Below, one piece after another: positions 31,643 to 32,000 of a stretch of DNA of 32,000 nucleotides (the first letter of the stretch is position 1; the number at the start of each line of letters is the position of its first letter). The notes beneath the pieces are model-generated. The model had not been told where the DNA came from. It saw nothing but the letters and a program-made list of their open reading frames with translations, and made no database searches. The stretch is from contig CP104013.1 of the NCBI GenBank assembly GCA_025839675.1, positions 750,001 to 782,000 on the forward strand, read 5' to 3'. The stretch comes from Candidatus Lokiarchaeum ossiferum (lineage in GTDB: Archaea; Asgardarchaeota; Lokiarchaeia; Sigyniarchaeales; Promethearchaeaceae). The translations under genes and the position numbers were made by a program.

Positions 31643-31650
31643 TTTTTTTT
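31643..31650 (+). terminator. T8 tract immediately after the giant-gene stop codon; candidate archaeal-type terminator. It may also be part of the next promoter.
   Basis: taa tttttttt gtatatataa. Oligo-T is the known archaeal termination signal. The tract overlaps an AT-rich TATA-like stretch (31643-31660) that lies 15-30 nt upstream of the next ATG. Confidence 0.4.
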
Positions 31651-31674
31651 GTATATATAACGGAATGAGAAGAC

Positions 31675-32000
31675 ATGAATCAACACAATTTAAAAGGGAT
31701 TTTACCCCCATATAATGAGGTATCAGAAGAAAAACAAAAATTCCTTGTATCTATTAAGGATATTATCTTAGATGCTTGGGAAATTTCAAAAAATGGACAT
31801 CTGATGGTCTATATTGATGAGGAAAAAATCATCAGGCAATTGACAATCGAAATGAAAGAATCATCCAAACAAGCGGAAATTGCCACTTTAATTGATAAAA
31901 TCCCCCATCATTTCAAACATCTTAATAAATTAATCCTAAATGTTGTTGGGATGGAAAAAATTCCCTTATGGCTTTCTGAACTTCACAATCTTCAACTTCT
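31675..32000 (+). CDS. Leucine-rich-repeat-like protein, 5' fragment; continues beyond the window
   Basis: Frame 1 is open for 108 codons from ATG 31675 to the window end: MNQHNLKGILPPYNEVSEEKQKFLVSIKDIILDAWEISKNGHLMVYIDEEKIIRQLTIEMKESSKQAEIATLIDKIPHHFKHLNKLILNVVGMEKIPLWLSELHNLQL. The last ~26 aa fit an LRR unit (LxxLxLxxxxxxxIPxxLxxLxxLxL). It is absent from the ORF track because it has no stop in the window. Confidence 0.6.
   Translation, partial: MNQHNLKGILPPYNEVSEEKQKFLVSIKDIILDAWEISKNGHLMVYIDEEKIIRQLTIEMKESSKQAEIATLIDKIPHHFKHLNKLILNVVGMEKIPLWLSELHNLQL

Noticed and set aside
2843-31642. Giant ORF as an NRPS/PKS megasynthase or an RTX-type T1SS adhesin.
   Set aside because: I saw no adenylation, condensation, ketosynthase or carrier-protein core motifs. 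There are no GGxGxD nonapeptide repeat blocks and no C-terminal secretion-signal-like region. Instead there are TM helices at both ends, Ig-like arrays and N-glycosylation sequons.
2843-31642. Giant ORF as an assembly artefact from collapsed or concatenated repeats.
   Set aside because: The internal repeats are detectable only at the protein level and are well diverged at the nucleotide level. I noticed no long identical nucleotide repeats that would promote misassembly. This still deserves confirmation by long-read mapping.
1-32000. Mobile genetic element, prophage or defence island signatures, and tRNA or rRNA genes.
   Set aside because: I found no transposase, integrase, recombinase or phage structural ORFs, no terminal inverted repeats and no tRNA-like GTTCGAATC T-arm motifs. 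The only ORFs of appreciable size are the four genes described.

Overview
AT-rich prokaryotic locus, most likely archaeal (inference only, see below). I can support four protein-coding genes. (1) The 3' end of a family-5 ABC substrate-binding protein with a C-terminal membrane anchor (1-612, +). (2) A convergent winged-helix transcription regulator (954-1721, -). (3) One uninterrupted 28,800-nt ORF (2843-31642, +; 9,599 aa, roughly 1 MDa), which follows a 1.1-kb very AT-rich intergenic region and fills 90% of the window. (4) The 5' end of a leucine-rich-repeat-like protein (31675 to the window end, +). I saw no rRNA, tRNA, CRISPR array, transposase, integrase or phage genes. The object of interest is the giant ORF, which reads as a polytopic mega surface protein. 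Its order is: N-terminal anchor; four ~95-aa beta-sandwich-type modules; a membrane hairpin whose second helix looks like an internal signal peptide; then a ~7,750-aa acidic, N-glycosylation-sequon-rich ectodomain. The ectodomain holds Ig-like (Big-type) arrays, a PA14-like segment, an ~860-aa alpha-helical stalk built from two novel ~40-aa repeat families, an FG-GAP/integrin-like segment and EF-hand-like Ca-binding loops. After it come a C-terminal cluster of hydrophobic helices and a ~928-aa tail with no N-x-S/T sequon and sharply alternating synonymous GC content. I recognise no catalytic motif and no named family for the protein as a whole. The archaeal assignment rests on sequon-rich surface domains, the C-terminally anchored binding protein, TATA-like boxes and oligo-T tracts after stop codons. 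All domain calls come from reading motifs by eye and need profile or structure searches.
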